Source: Planctomycetota bacterium
GTDB taxonomy: Bacteria > Planctomycetota > UBA11346
Reading direction: 5' to 3'
NCBI GenBank assembly: GCA_038213805.1
Contig: JBBQSO010000005.1
Location: forward strand, 46,237-110,236
DNA: 64,000 nt
Part shown: piece after piece, positions 45,638 through 54,577 of the stretch
Position numbering within the stretch: position 1 is the first letter of the stretch
Layout: every line of letters starts with the position of its first letter
Position numbers and translations under genes: made by a program
Notes under the pieces: generated by a model
Seen by the model: only the letters and a program-made list of their open reading frames with translations
Told to the model about the DNA's origin: nothing
The model's database searches: none

Positions 45638-46063
45638 ATGCACATCACCCGCACCCTGCTCGCCGCCGCCGCCATCCTCGCCCTGACCCCCGCTGCCTTC
45701 GCCGAGAGCGCCGGAGCCGGTCGCGCCGACATTCACAGCGATCGCGCCGACATCCACGCCGACCGCCAGGATATCCGCACGGACAAGGCCGATCGTCACG
45801 CTGACCGTGCTGATGCCCACGCCGACTCCCAGGACATCCGCAAGGACGAGCGCGAACTGCACGCCGACCGCAAGGCCGGCGACAAGGCCGGCGCCGAGGC
45901 CATGCGCGCCGACATCCGCGCGGACCGCGCCGACCGCCGTACCGATCGGCGCGACGAGCACCGCGACACCCGCGACATCCATGCCGACCGTCACGAGGTC
46001 CGTGACGATAAGCGTGAGTTCGGCCACGATCGCCGGGACGTGCGCCACAACCGTCGCGATTGA
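45638..46063 (+). CDS. Secreted heptad-repeat, His/Asp/Arg-rich protein
   Basis: Signal peptide ending AFA. Repeated DIHADR-type heptads; AAGGA RBS. Confidence 0.8.
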   Translation: MHITRTLLAAAAILALTPAAFAESAGAGRADIHSDRADIHADRQDIRTDKADRHADRADAHADSQDIRKDERELHADRKAGDKAGAEAMRADIRADRADRRTDRRDEHRDTRDIHADRHEVRDDKREFGHDRRDVRHNRRD

Positions 46064-46109
46064 GCCGCCGGCGCAATCAGCGCTGTCGCGCTTGGCGAAG
46101 ATTCTCAAT

Positions 46110-46137
46110 GCCCCTGGCGCTGATCAGCGCCAGGGGC
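46110..46137. terminator. Perfect 28 bp palindrome between convergent genes
   Basis: gcccctggcgctgatcagcgccaggggc. Confidence 0.6.
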
Positions 46138-46177
46138 TTGTGGTTTCACGGCGTGCCTGTCAGGATGAACCTGCTCC

Positions 46178-46594
46178 TCAGGGTAGTGGTCGTGGATGAT
46201 GCAGTTCCTTGATATCGGGACCCTGGAGCGCATCGAAATCCACGTCGGGAATGACCTCGTTCTTGCCGCGAACCGGGGTCTGGGTTGGCATGGTCGGACC
46301 CAGGGCAGCGTATTCCGCACTGGTCAGGGACCAGCGCAGTTGAAGCTGGATCTTGTTCTTACGATCCGGCAAGCCGGTCGTTCTGGTGAAGAGGTCGTAG
46401 ACCAGGACCTCACCGCTGGCCGAATGATCGATCCTGGTACGGATTTTCGTGGTCCGGTCATCGACGACGATCTCACTCGCAGCCACGTAGACCTGGGTCT
46501 GCGGATCGAGGGTGAAAACGTCGCCCTTGGCGACTTCCGCTTGGGCTCCCGTCGCCAGAAACGCGAGCAGGATGATCTGGATAGTGGTACTCAT
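46178..46594 (-). CDS. Hypothetical secreted protein
   Basis: Signal peptide (..ATGAQA), GGAGGAGG RBS. Confidence 0.6.
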   Translation of the reverse strand: MSTTIQIILLAFLATGAQAEVAKGDVFTLDPQTQVYVAASEIVVDDRTTKIRTRIDHSASGEVLVYDLFTRTTGLPDRKNKIQLQLRWSLTSAEYAALGPTMPTQTPVRGKNEVIPDVDFDALQGPDIKELHHPRPLP

Positions 46595-46761
46595 GGAAGA
46601 ACCCTCCTCCGACGATGGTCAGTTGTCGGCCTATCGTTCAGGGGCCTTCCCGGGGAATCGCATCATGCCGATCCATCAGCCCTGAAAACGCAGACACCCG
46701 CAACCATAGGGTGCGGGTGTTGGCGGAAACCATGATCCGGCTCAGACCCGGAGGCAGGATG

Positions 46762-47868
46762 TCACTCCCCGTCACCCGCCGCCGCGCCCGCGTCGAGCAG
46801 GTTGATGGTGCTGGCCTTGACCTTGGCGGCGATCTCTTCGCAGACCTTGGGGTTGTCCTTGAGGAACTGCTTGGAGTTCTCGCGGCCCTGGCCGAGCTTG
46901 ACGGGTCCGTAGGTGAACCAGGCGCCCGACTTGTTGGCGACCTTGCTGATCACCGCGAGGTCGAGGAGGTCTCCAGTGTAGCTGATGCCCTCGTTGAACA
47001 TGATGTCGAATTCGGCCTTTGTGAAGGGGGCCGAAACCTTGTTCTTCACCACCTTCACGCGCGTACGGTTACCGACCACCTTGTCGCCGTCCATGATCGA
47101 GGTCACGCGACGGATGTCGAGGCGCACCGAGGCGGCGAACTTGAGCGCGCGGCCGCCGGGCTGGGTCTCGGGGCTGCCGTAGATCACGCCGATCTTTTCG
47201 CGGATCTGGTTGATGAAGATGACCGTGGCCTTGGACTGGCTGATCGCGCCGGTGAGTTTGCGCATGGCCTTGGACATCATGCGCGCCTGCACGCCGACCT
47301 GCGATTCATCCATCTCGCCGTCGAGTTCCGCCTTGGGGGTGAGGGCGGCGACCGAGTCGACCACCACCACGTCCACCGAGTTCGAGCGCACCAGCAGGTC
47401 GCAGATGTCGAGGGCCTGCTCGCCGTAATTGGGCTGGCTGACCAGGATGTCGTTGAGGTTGACGCCCAGGCGCTCTGCCCAGGTCGGGTCGAGGGCGTGC
47501 TCGGCGTCGATGAAGGCGACCACGCCGCCTTCCTTTTGCGCCTGTGCGGCGATGGACAGGGCCAGCGTGGTCTTGCCGGACGATTCCGGACCGTAGATCT
47601 CGATGATACGTCCGCGCGGCACGCCGCCCACGCCGATAGCGATGTCGAGGCTCAGCGAACCGGTCGAGATCGCGCCGACGTCGACCTTCTCGAACTGACC
47701 GAGGCGCATGATCGAGCCCTTGCCGTAGACCTTGTCAATCTGGTCAAGCGCGGCCTCGAGCGCCTTCTTCTTCGCCGGATCGGCGGCGTTGGAGAGGTTG
47801 TGGTTCTTCTCCGGCTTCTCGTCGGAGCGGGAGGACTGGCGGGAGGAGGCGGCTTCGGGAGGGCTCAT
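46762..47868 (-). CDS. recA: Recombinase RecA
   Basis: [41 protein letters not shown]. Confidence 0.99.
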   Translation of the reverse strand: MSPPEAASSRQSSRSDEKPEKNHNLSNAADPAKKKALEAALDQIDKVYGKGSIMRLGQFEKVDVGAISTGSLSLDIAIGVGGVPRGRIIEIYGPESSGKTTLALSIAAQAQKEGGVVAFIDAEHALDPTWAERLGVNLNDILVSQPNYGEQALDICDLLVRSNSVDVVVVDSVAALTPKAELDGEMDESQVGVQARMMSKAMRKLTGAISQSKATVIFINQIREKIGVIYGSPETQPGGRALKFAASVRLDIRRVTSIMDGDKVVGNRTRVKVVKNKVSAPFTKAEFDIMFNEGISYTGDLLDLAVISKVANKSGAWFTYGPVKLGQGRENSKQFLKDNPKVCEEIAAKVKASTINLLDAGAAAGDGE

Positions 47869-47984
47869 TGGGTTGGTCCTGGTATGATGTGGGTTGCGTT
47901 TGGTGGGTTGCGGTTGGGCTGGCGGGCCGCTCGTGGCATCGACTGCGATCTTCGCAGTGCGCCGTGCGCGTCAACGCTGGCGGC

Positions 47985-48608
47985 TCAGACGATGGTGCGG
48001 TAAACGAAGCACAGCGGGCCGACGATCTGCACCTCGTTGGCGGTGGCCTTCGAGATGATGCGCGGCTGATACTTGGGATTTGCGGCGATGAGTTCGATGC
48101 GGTCGGGATAGTAGCGCACCCGCTTGAGCGTCGCTTCGCCGTCGACTACCACCGCGGCCACCTGGTTGTCAGCGACCTTGCCTTCGGCCTGGATGACCGC
48201 GTAGTCCCCATCGAGGATACCGTCGTCGATCATCGAGTCGCCGCGCACCTGCAGGGCGAAGCGGCCGGGCGAGGGCTGGATGTCCTTGAGGTAACCTGCG
48301 TGCTGTTCGCTGGCCAGGATCGGCACGCCGGCGGCGATCGCACCGATGACGGGCACGCCCTGGCGGCCAGGAGAGCGGTTGATCGCCGCCCAGCCGGTTT
48401 CGGTGAGGCGGACATTGCGCTTCTTCTCGCGATCAGCGGCGAGCAGGCCCTTGCGCACCAGGGCTTCGACGTGCTTGCTGACCGCGGAGGGGAAGGCGTA
48501 GCCGAAGGCCTCGGCGACTTCAGCGCGGCTCGGTTGGTGGCCGGAATCCTCGGCATCGGCGAAGTAGGCGAGGATTTTGGACTGCTGGGGGGGGAGTTGG
48601 CGGCTCAT
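47985..48608 (-). CDS. lexA: SOS repressor LexA
   Basis: N-terminal wHTH, IAAG.P cleavage site, GDSM (Ser), TLKR (Lys). Adjacent to recA. Confidence 0.92.
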   Translation of the reverse strand: MSRQLPPQQSKILAYFADAEDSGHQPSRAEVAEAFGYAFPSAVSKHVEALVRKGLLAADREKKRNVRLTETGWAAINRSPGRQGVPVIGAIAAGVPILASEQHAGYLKDIQPSPGRFALQVRGDSMIDDGILDGDYAVIQAEGKVADNQVAAVVVDGEATLKRVRYYPDRIELIAANPKYQPRIISKATANEVQIVGPLCFVYRTIV

Positions 48609-48615
48609 GGAGCTG

Positions 48616-48643
48616 CTTATGGGGCATTACGAACCGTTGTCAA
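48616..48643 (-). promoter_or_regulatory. Sigma70-like promoter of lexA, possibly leaderless
   Basis: TTGACA-N16-CATAAG, 7 nt before the ATG. Confidence 0.45.
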
Positions 48644-48652
48644 TATGGACTC

Positions 48653-48902
48653 TGAGGGAGAGGGTCCGGAAGTCGGACAGCCGGACAGTCGGACAGTCGG
48701 ACAGTCGGACAGCCGGATACCCGGACAGCGGACGTAAGGGAAGGACAGGTGATCCGAGCAGGCCTTGTACTCGAGTCAGTGCGGCTGTGGGTCCGCTCTC
48801 TCAGATCGGTCCTGTCGAGCCAGGAGCGCAAAGCGGACCGTCGCATCTCATCGTCTTCCGTAGTCGACTTCCGGACTTCCAGACTTCCGGACGTTCCCCT
48901 CA
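48653..48902. repeat. Intergenic element, octamer family: TGAGGG..TCCGGAAG(TCGGACAG)n ... (CTTCCGGA)3..CCCCTCA
   Basis: The left arm drifts into ~7 TCGGACAG-like units. The right terminal TCA is the LysR stop codon. Confidence 0.85.
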
Positions 48903-49778
48903 CGTCACGCGCAATTTCCGCAGCCACTCGATCATCTTGTCCGTGGCCAGCGAGTGGTGCTGCGGGCGCGACAGCAGGCGGATGGTGCGCGCGACCTTGA
49001 GGTCGCGGATCGGCGCGCTGCCCAGTTCAAAGCCCTGGATGCAGCCGTCGGGGATGATGCCCAGGCCGAGGCCGGAGCGCACCATCGCCTTGATGACCTC
49101 GACATTCGCCAGCTCCATCACCGGCGCGAAGGGCAGGCCGGCCTTGATGAAGGCCTGGTCGAGCAGGGTGCGCACGGTCAGACCTTTGGCGAAGGTGACG
49201 ATGCGGCGGCGCGCGAGCTCGGCCATGGTGGTGGGCACGTCCTTGGCCGGCAGGTTGGTCGGGAAGGCGACCATCAGCGGATTCTGGAAGAGCCGCTCAG
49301 AAGACAGGCGCGGGTGCTCGGTGGTGCAGACGGCGACGTCGAGTTCGTCGGCCAAAATCATCGCCATCAGCTGCGGGCTGGACTGGCAGACCACCTCGAC
49401 CTCGATGCGCGGGTTGGCCTGGATGAAGCGCGAAAGCAGCGGCGGCAGCACGTAGATGCCGATCGAGTCGACGGTGCCGAGACGCACCTTGCCGCTGACT
49501 TCGCCGTGCAGACTGCGCACCCGCTCCGGCAGCAGCGCGAGGTTGCTCAGCACCTCGCGCGCGCCTTCGGCGAGGATCTCACCGGCGGGGGTCAGGTGCG
49601 CGCCCTGCGGCGTGCGTTCGACCAGCACCGCCTTGAGCTGGCGTTCGAGATCCTGGATTTGCCGGGTGATCGATGGCTGGGTCAGCCCGCGCGAGCGCGC
49701 GGCGGCGCTGAGGCTGCCGTGCTCGGCGATGGCGAGGAGGCTGGCGAGGGCGTGCGGCGACAGGTCGGGGACGGTCAT
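48900..49778 (-). CDS. LysR-family transcriptional regulator
   Basis: GSLSAAA...LTQPSITRQIQDLE, LTPAGE, GLGLGIIP. Confidence 0.93.
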   Translation of the reverse strand: MTVPDLSPHALASLLAIAEHGSLSAAARSRGLTQPSITRQIQDLERQLKAVLVERTPQGAHLTPAGEILAEGAREVLSNLALLPERVRSLHGEVSGKVRLGTVDSIGIYVLPPLLSRFIQANPRIEVEVVCQSSPQLMAMILADELDVAVCTTEHPRLSSERLFQNPLMVAFPTNLPAKDVPTTMAELARRRIVTFAKGLTVRTLLDQAFIKAGLPFAPVMELANVEVIKAMVRSGLGLGIIPDGCIQGFELGSAPIRDLKVARTIRLLSRPQHHSLATDKMIEWLRKLRVT

Positions 49779-49869
49779 ACGTAGAGCGTATCGCTCGGCG
49801 GGTGGGTGGGAAACGGCGATCCTCCGCCATCAGGTTGCATCCCGGCTCCCGCCCCGGACGACGGTAGCC

Positions 49870-50691
49870 ATGATCAAGCAGCCCCGCGAGCTCGACGGCA
49901 TGGTCGTCGCCATCACCGGCGCCAGCGCCGGCATCGGCAGGGCGCTGGCCATCGAAATGGCGGCCGCCGGTGCGCGGCTGGTCCTCGCGGCGCGCCGCCT
50001 CGAGCTGCTCGAGGCGTTGAACGGAGAACTCGGCGGCGGTCACTTGTGCGTACGCACCGACGTGGCGCAGCCCGCGGACTGCGCGGCCTTCGTCGCAGCC
50101 GCACACGCGCGCTTTGGGCGCCTCGACACGCTGGTATGCAACGCTGGCTTTGCGTTCCTGCGCAGCGTCGCCGACACCAGCGCGGCGGAGTGGCGCGAGC
50201 TGCTGGCGATCAATCTCGGTGGCACCACCGACTGCATCCGCGCGGCACTGCCGCTGATGCTCGCCCAGGAACGCCGCCAGGGCTGCCGGGGGCAGATCAT
50301 GGTGGTCTCGTCCTGCCTCGCACGCCGGGCGTTGCCCGACCTTGGCGCCTACGCCGCAACCAAGGCCGCCCAGCTTTCACTGGTCGAAGCCCTGCGCGTC
50401 GAGCTCGCCGGCACCGGCGTGGTCGCTTCGGCGATGCTGCCGGTCGGCACCGACACCGAGTTCAAGACGGTGGCCCAGGAGCGCAGCACGCGCACCATGC
50501 TGCCGCCCGGCCGCCTCGAGATCCGCCAGAGCGCCGCGACTGTCGCAGCCTGCATGGTGCGCGGCATCGTCCACCCCGCGCCCGAGCTGTGGAGCCATCT
50601 GCCCTCGCGCCTGGCAGCTTCGCTGGCGACCTTGGTCCCGGGGTTGACCGATCGGGTGCTTGGGCGGGTACGACGGTTGGTCGAAGGCTGA
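49870..50691 (+). CDS. Short-chain dehydrogenase/reductase
   Basis: TGASAGIG, CNAG, YAATK. Confidence 0.9.
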   Translation: MIKQPRELDGMVVAITGASAGIGRALAIEMAAAGARLVLAARRLELLEALNGELGGGHLCVRTDVAQPADCAAFVAAAHARFGRLDTLVCNAGFAFLRSVADTSAAEWRELLAINLGGTTDCIRAALPLMLAQERRQGCRGQIMVVSSCLARRALPDLGAYAATKAAQLSLVEALRVELAGTGVVASAMLPVGTDTEFKTVAQERSTRTMLPPGRLEIRQSAATVAACMVRGIVHPAPELWSHLPSRLAASLATLVPGLTDRVLGRVRRLVEG

Positions 50692-50833
50692 TCGTCCTGC
50701 CAGCTGTCGACAACGTGCTGTAGCGTGGCCGCGACCCTGCACACGTGGCGCGACCGTCCCAGGTTGCCGGGACGTAGCTTCTCCGCTGTGCTGCAGCGGC
50801 TATTTTGGCCTCAAGTCGCGAGGCTGCCTGCCG

Positions 50834-51526
50834 ATGCTCATAGTCCGATCTCCCGCCACCGGCGCCCCGGCCGTCCCCTTCATCGGGCGGACCTTGGGGC
50901 AGCGTCAGGCGGCAGGAGATGACAGCGCGCTGCCAGTGGGCTTCGCGCCTGCTGGGCCGGCTGGCAGCAGTGGTAGCGAATCCACCAGCTCTGACCGCAC
51001 GGATGTCGCGAGGACCGGCAAGGATGCTCGCCATGATGGGCAGGACAGCGCCACCATCGGCAGCGGCGCGCATGACGGCCGGCAGGACGACGCGACCGCG
51101 CGCAGCGATTCCCAGCTGATCGCCCAGCTGACGCGTCGCGACCGCGACGTGCGCGCCCACGAGGCCGCGCACCAGGCGGCGGGCGGCAATCTGGTCGGTG
51201 CGGCGCGCCTCGACTACCAGGTCGGCCCCGACGGGCACTCCTACGCGGTCGGCGGCGAGGTCTCGGTCGATGTGTCCGCAGTCTCTGGCGATCCCGCGGC
51301 CACCATCGTCAAGATGGAGCGGGTGCGCGCCGCCGCGCTGGCCCCGGCCGACCCCTCGTCCCAGGACCTCGCGGTCGCGTCGGCGGCCGGGGCGATCGCC
51401 GCCGACGCCCAGCGCCAACTTGCCGAGCTGCAGCGCCAGAGCGCCTCCATGAAGAAGGCGTTGGGCAGCTACCAGCCGTCCGCGGGGACGGTGCGCACGG
51501 GCACACTCCTGGACACGAGCGCGTGA
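50834..51526 (+). CDS. SprA-related family putative metalloprotease
   Basis: RDRDVRAHEAAH...GPDG.SYAVGGEV...AALAPADPSSQD..VA. Confidence 0.85.
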   Translation: MLIVRSPATGAPAVPFIGRTLGQRQAAGDDSALPVGFAPAGPAGSSGSESTSSDRTDVARTGKDARHDGQDSATIGSGAHDGRQDDATARSDSQLIAQLTRRDRDVRAHEAAHQAAGGNLVGAARLDYQVGPDGHSYAVGGEVSVDVSAVSGDPAATIVKMERVRAAALAPADPSSQDLAVASAAGAIAADAQRQLAELQRQSASMKKALGSYQPSAGTVRTGTLLDTSA

Positions 51527-51789
51527 GGCGCATGGCCCGGACGGCCGGGCATCAGCCGGCCACCGGTCCCGTGGCTGACGCAAGCGCGCTGTAAAGCGGG
51601 GATGGTGAGCGTCCCGACTCCCTGACGCGCTGCCCAAACCGTATGCACGCCAGACGGCACCTGCGCGGATCGTGGACATCGCTGCCGTCATCGCTGCCCC
51701 TGGGCAGGCGCGTTTTGTGCTGCATGCCTGCTGTGCCGGTACTGGACGGGGAATGCACCCGGGTCTAGGCTCGCCGGCCCGGAGACCCC

Positions 51790-53007
51790 ATGTCCTTCGC
51801 CACCTTCAGCGCCCTCGCCTCCTCCGCACGGGCTGCGTTCGCCCGGCTCGCGCTGTCGGCAGCCGCGCTGCTCGCGCTCGCCGCGCCGGTCGGCGCCGCC
51901 GAGCCGCTGCCCACGGCCGGCGAGGTCGATGCGCTCATCGCCAAGGCCCAGGGCTGGCTGCTTGAGCAGCAGCAGGCCAGCGGGTCCTTCATCCCCGGCA
52001 AGGAGTTCGTGGTCGGCCTCACCGGCCTGGCCGTGGCCGCCCTGGTGCAGGCCCCGGGCGGGGTCGCCGCCGATGATCCGCGCATCGTCAAGGCGCTGGC
52101 GCTGCTGAAGACTTACCGCCAGAAGGACGGCGGCTTCTACGATCGGGCGGAGGGCCTGGGCGACTACGGGACCTCGCTGACCATGCTGGCGCTGCTCGCC
52201 ACCCACAGCGAGGACGTGGCCACCATCACCGCCGCACAGAACTACCTGTTCGGCATCCAGAACCACGACCCCAAGGATACCGCGGTCGGCGGCCTCGGCT
52301 ACGGCGACGACAAGCCGGGCGACGAGAACGTCGAGACCACGGTGATCGGCGTGCAGGCCTTGCGTGCGAGCGGCGTGCCGGCCAGCGATCCGCACCTGCA
52401 GGCAGCGCTCAAGTTCCTCGAGCGCTGCCAGAACCTGAGCGCGGTCAACGACCAGCCATGGGCGAAGAACGGCAGCAGCGATGGCGGCGCCGCGTACAGC
52501 CCGAAAGAGAGCCACGCGGGCGGCTCGTGGGCCAGCGATGCAGACAAGAAAGCCGGCGCGGAGCAGGCCGCCAAGGGCGTGCTCAACAGCTATGGCAGCA
52601 TGACCTACGCGCTGATCTCGGCCTACCTGTCGCTCGACCTCAAGCCCGAAGACCCGCGCGTCGCCGCGGCCTATGGCTGGGTCAAGGGCCACTACCGCTT
52701 CGACGGCAATCCAGGCATGAGCAAGGCGCTGGAGCGCCAGGGCCTGATCTACTACCACGGCATCATGTCGCGCACCTTCGGCCTGCTCGGCACCAAGGGC
52801 TTCCAGACCACCGACGGCAAGGACGTCGACTGGCGCGCCGACCTCTTCGCGGTCATCAAGGCCACCGCCATCCCAGCCAAGGTCGGCGGCGACCCGGCCG
52901 GCGGGATGATCTGGATGAACAGCGAGAAGCGTTGGGGCGAGGGCGTACCGCACATCGCCACCACCTATATGCTGCAGGCCCTCAAGCGCATCCGCGCCGC
53001 GTTGTGA
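51790..53007 (+). CDS. Secreted prenyltransferase/squalene-oxidase-repeat protein
   Basis: Signal peptide, QW-like repeats (WLL.QQ..SG, RQKDGG), DGG..Y.P.ES.AG, SYGSMTYA. Confidence 0.8.
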   Translation: MSFATFSALASSARAAFARLALSAAALLALAAPVGAAEPLPTAGEVDALIAKAQGWLLEQQQASGSFIPGKEFVVGLTGLAVAALVQAPGGVAADDPRIVKALALLKTYRQKDGGFYDRAEGLGDYGTSLTMLALLATHSEDVATITAAQNYLFGIQNHDPKDTAVGGLGYGDDKPGDENVETTVIGVQALRASGVPASDPHLQAALKFLERCQNLSAVNDQPWAKNGSSDGGAAYSPKESHAGGSWASDADKKAGAEQAAKGVLNSYGSMTYALISAYLSLDLKPEDPRVAAAYGWVKGHYRFDGNPGMSKALERQGLIYYHGIMSRTFGLLGTKGFQTTDGKDVDWRADLFAVIKATAIPAKVGGDPAGGMIWMNSEKRWGEGVPHIATTYMLQALKRIRAAL

Positions 53008-53024
53008 CCAGAACGGACGACCGC

Positions 53025-53321
53025 ATGATCCAGCACCTCGTCCTGTTCAAGTGGAAGCCCGCCACCACCACTGCCGAGCAGGCCGCGGCGTGCGCCGCGC
53101 TCGCCACGCTGCGCGACGCCATCCCGGGCATCATCGCCCTGACCGTTGGCGCCCAGAACAGTGCCGAGGGCAAGGGCAAGGGTTTCCACACCGGCCTGAC
53201 CGTGACCTTCGTCGACGCCGCGGCGCGCGACGCGTACCTGCCGCACCCCGCGCACCAGCAAGCGGTAGCCGGCTTCCGCGCGCATATTGAGGACGTGATC
53301 GTGCTCGATTACGCGTACTGA
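53025..53321 (+). CDS. Dabb / stress-responsive A/B barrel protein
   Basis: MIQHLVLFKWK...IPGI...G.N....KGF.....F......AY..HP.H. Confidence 0.9.
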   Translation: MIQHLVLFKWKPATTTAEQAAACAALATLRDAIPGIIALTVGAQNSAEGKGKGFHTGLTVTFVDAAARDAYLPHPAHQQAVAGFRAHIEDVIVLDYAY

Positions 53322-53360
53322 GGGGAGGGTCCGGAAGTCCGGAGGTCCGGAAGTCGGAGA
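53319..53360. repeat. Solo octamer-family arm starting on the Dabb stop codon
   Basis: tgaggggagggtccggaagtccggaggtccggaagtcgg. Confidence 0.85.
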
Positions 53361-53468
53361 CCAGAAAGCCTGCCACTGCGCGCTGACGTGCGCGCTTGCG
53401 CCGGAAATTCGTCCGGTCCGGCGCGGGTCGGGAGCTTGGCATCTGCGGCTGGGCGCCAGACTGCGCCC

Positions 53469-54431
53469 ATGCCTGAGCCGACCCTGGAAATCGCCGCGGC
53501 CGCGGCCGCGCTGCGCGCGGGACGGCTGGTCGGCATGCCGACTGAGACGGTCTACGGACTGGCCGCCAATGCGCTCGACGTGCGGGCGGTGCTGGCGATC
53601 TTCGCGGCCAAGGGGCGGCCGAGCTTCGATCCGCTGATTGTGCACGTCGCCGACGCAGCCCAGGCGTGGACGGTGGCGCGGCCGAGTGCGCGCGCGCGAC
53701 GGCTTGCGCAGCAGTGCTGGCCGGGGCCGCTGACCCTGGTGCTGCCACGCCTGCCGACGATCCCAGACGTGGTCACCAGCGGTCTCGAAACCGTCGGCGT
53801 GCGCTGTCCCGATCATCCCCTGGCCCTGGCCCTGATCCGCGCCGCCGGACTGCCGCTGGCCGCGCCCAGCGCCAACCGCTTCGGCAGGATCAGCCCGACC
53901 ACGGCGGCGCACGTGCGCGAGCAGCTCGCGGACGCGGTCGCGGTGGTGCTCGACGGCGGCCCGTGCCGGATCGGCATCGAGAGCACCGTGCTGCTGCCGG
54001 ACCCAGCGCCGATCATCCTGCGTCCGGGTGGCCTGACTCGCGAGGCGCTGGAGGCCATCCTGGGCGAACCGGTGGCCGTGGCCGACCGCATGGCGCGCGA
54101 TGCCAGCCTGGCCATGCCGGCGCCCGGACTGCTCGCCAGCCACTATGCACCGGTGATCCCGCTCACCCTCAAGGGCGCTGGACAGGCTTGGCCGGAGGGG
54201 GACGGCCTCGCCTACCTGAGCTGGCGCGGTCACGGGCTGCCGGCCGGGGCCACCCGGGTCGAGATCCTCAGCCAGCGCGGCGACCTCACCGAGGCTGCCG
54301 CGGGTCTGTTTGCGGCGATGCGCAGGCTCGATGCCAGCGGCGCACGGGCGATGGTGGCGGAAAGTGTTCCAGATGTCGCACTCGGCCTGGGTATCAACGA
54401 CCGCTTGCGGCGGGCGGCCGGATTAGGGTGA
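53469..54431 (+). CDS. tsaC: L-threonylcarbamoyladenylate synthase (Sua5 type)
   Basis: PTETVYGL, KGRP..PLIVH, WPGPLT, APSAN, GIEST, APG....HYAP, C-terminal SUA5 domain. Confidence 0.95.
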   Translation: MPEPTLEIAAAAAALRAGRLVGMPTETVYGLAANALDVRAVLAIFAAKGRPSFDPLIVHVADAAQAWTVARPSARARRLAQQCWPGPLTLVLPRLPTIPDVVTSGLETVGVRCPDHPLALALIRAAGLPLAAPSANRFGRISPTTAAHVREQLADAVAVVLDGGPCRIGIESTVLLPDPAPIILRPGGLTREALEAILGEPVAVADRMARDASLAMPAPGLLASHYAPVIPLTLKGAGQAWPEGDGLAYLSWRGHGLPAGATRVEILSQRGDLTEAAAGLFAAMRRLDASGARAMVAESVPDVALGLGINDRLRRAAGLG

Positions 54432-54577
54432 GTGCACGCGAACGCCTGCTTTGGCAGGCGGGTTGGCGCTCCGCTCGCCGCCTGTGCCCACCCGCGATGG
54501 ACAGTGCAGCCGCAACCGCTTAGGGGCTCATTGACCGCATCAGCGGGAGAGGTAAACAGGATGGCCAAGAAACCCTG

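Noticed and set aside
43200..46700. Genomic island or prophage remnant (run of small orphan genes next to recA)
   Set aside because: No integrase, tRNA/att repeat or phage gene. Composition is only slightly different.
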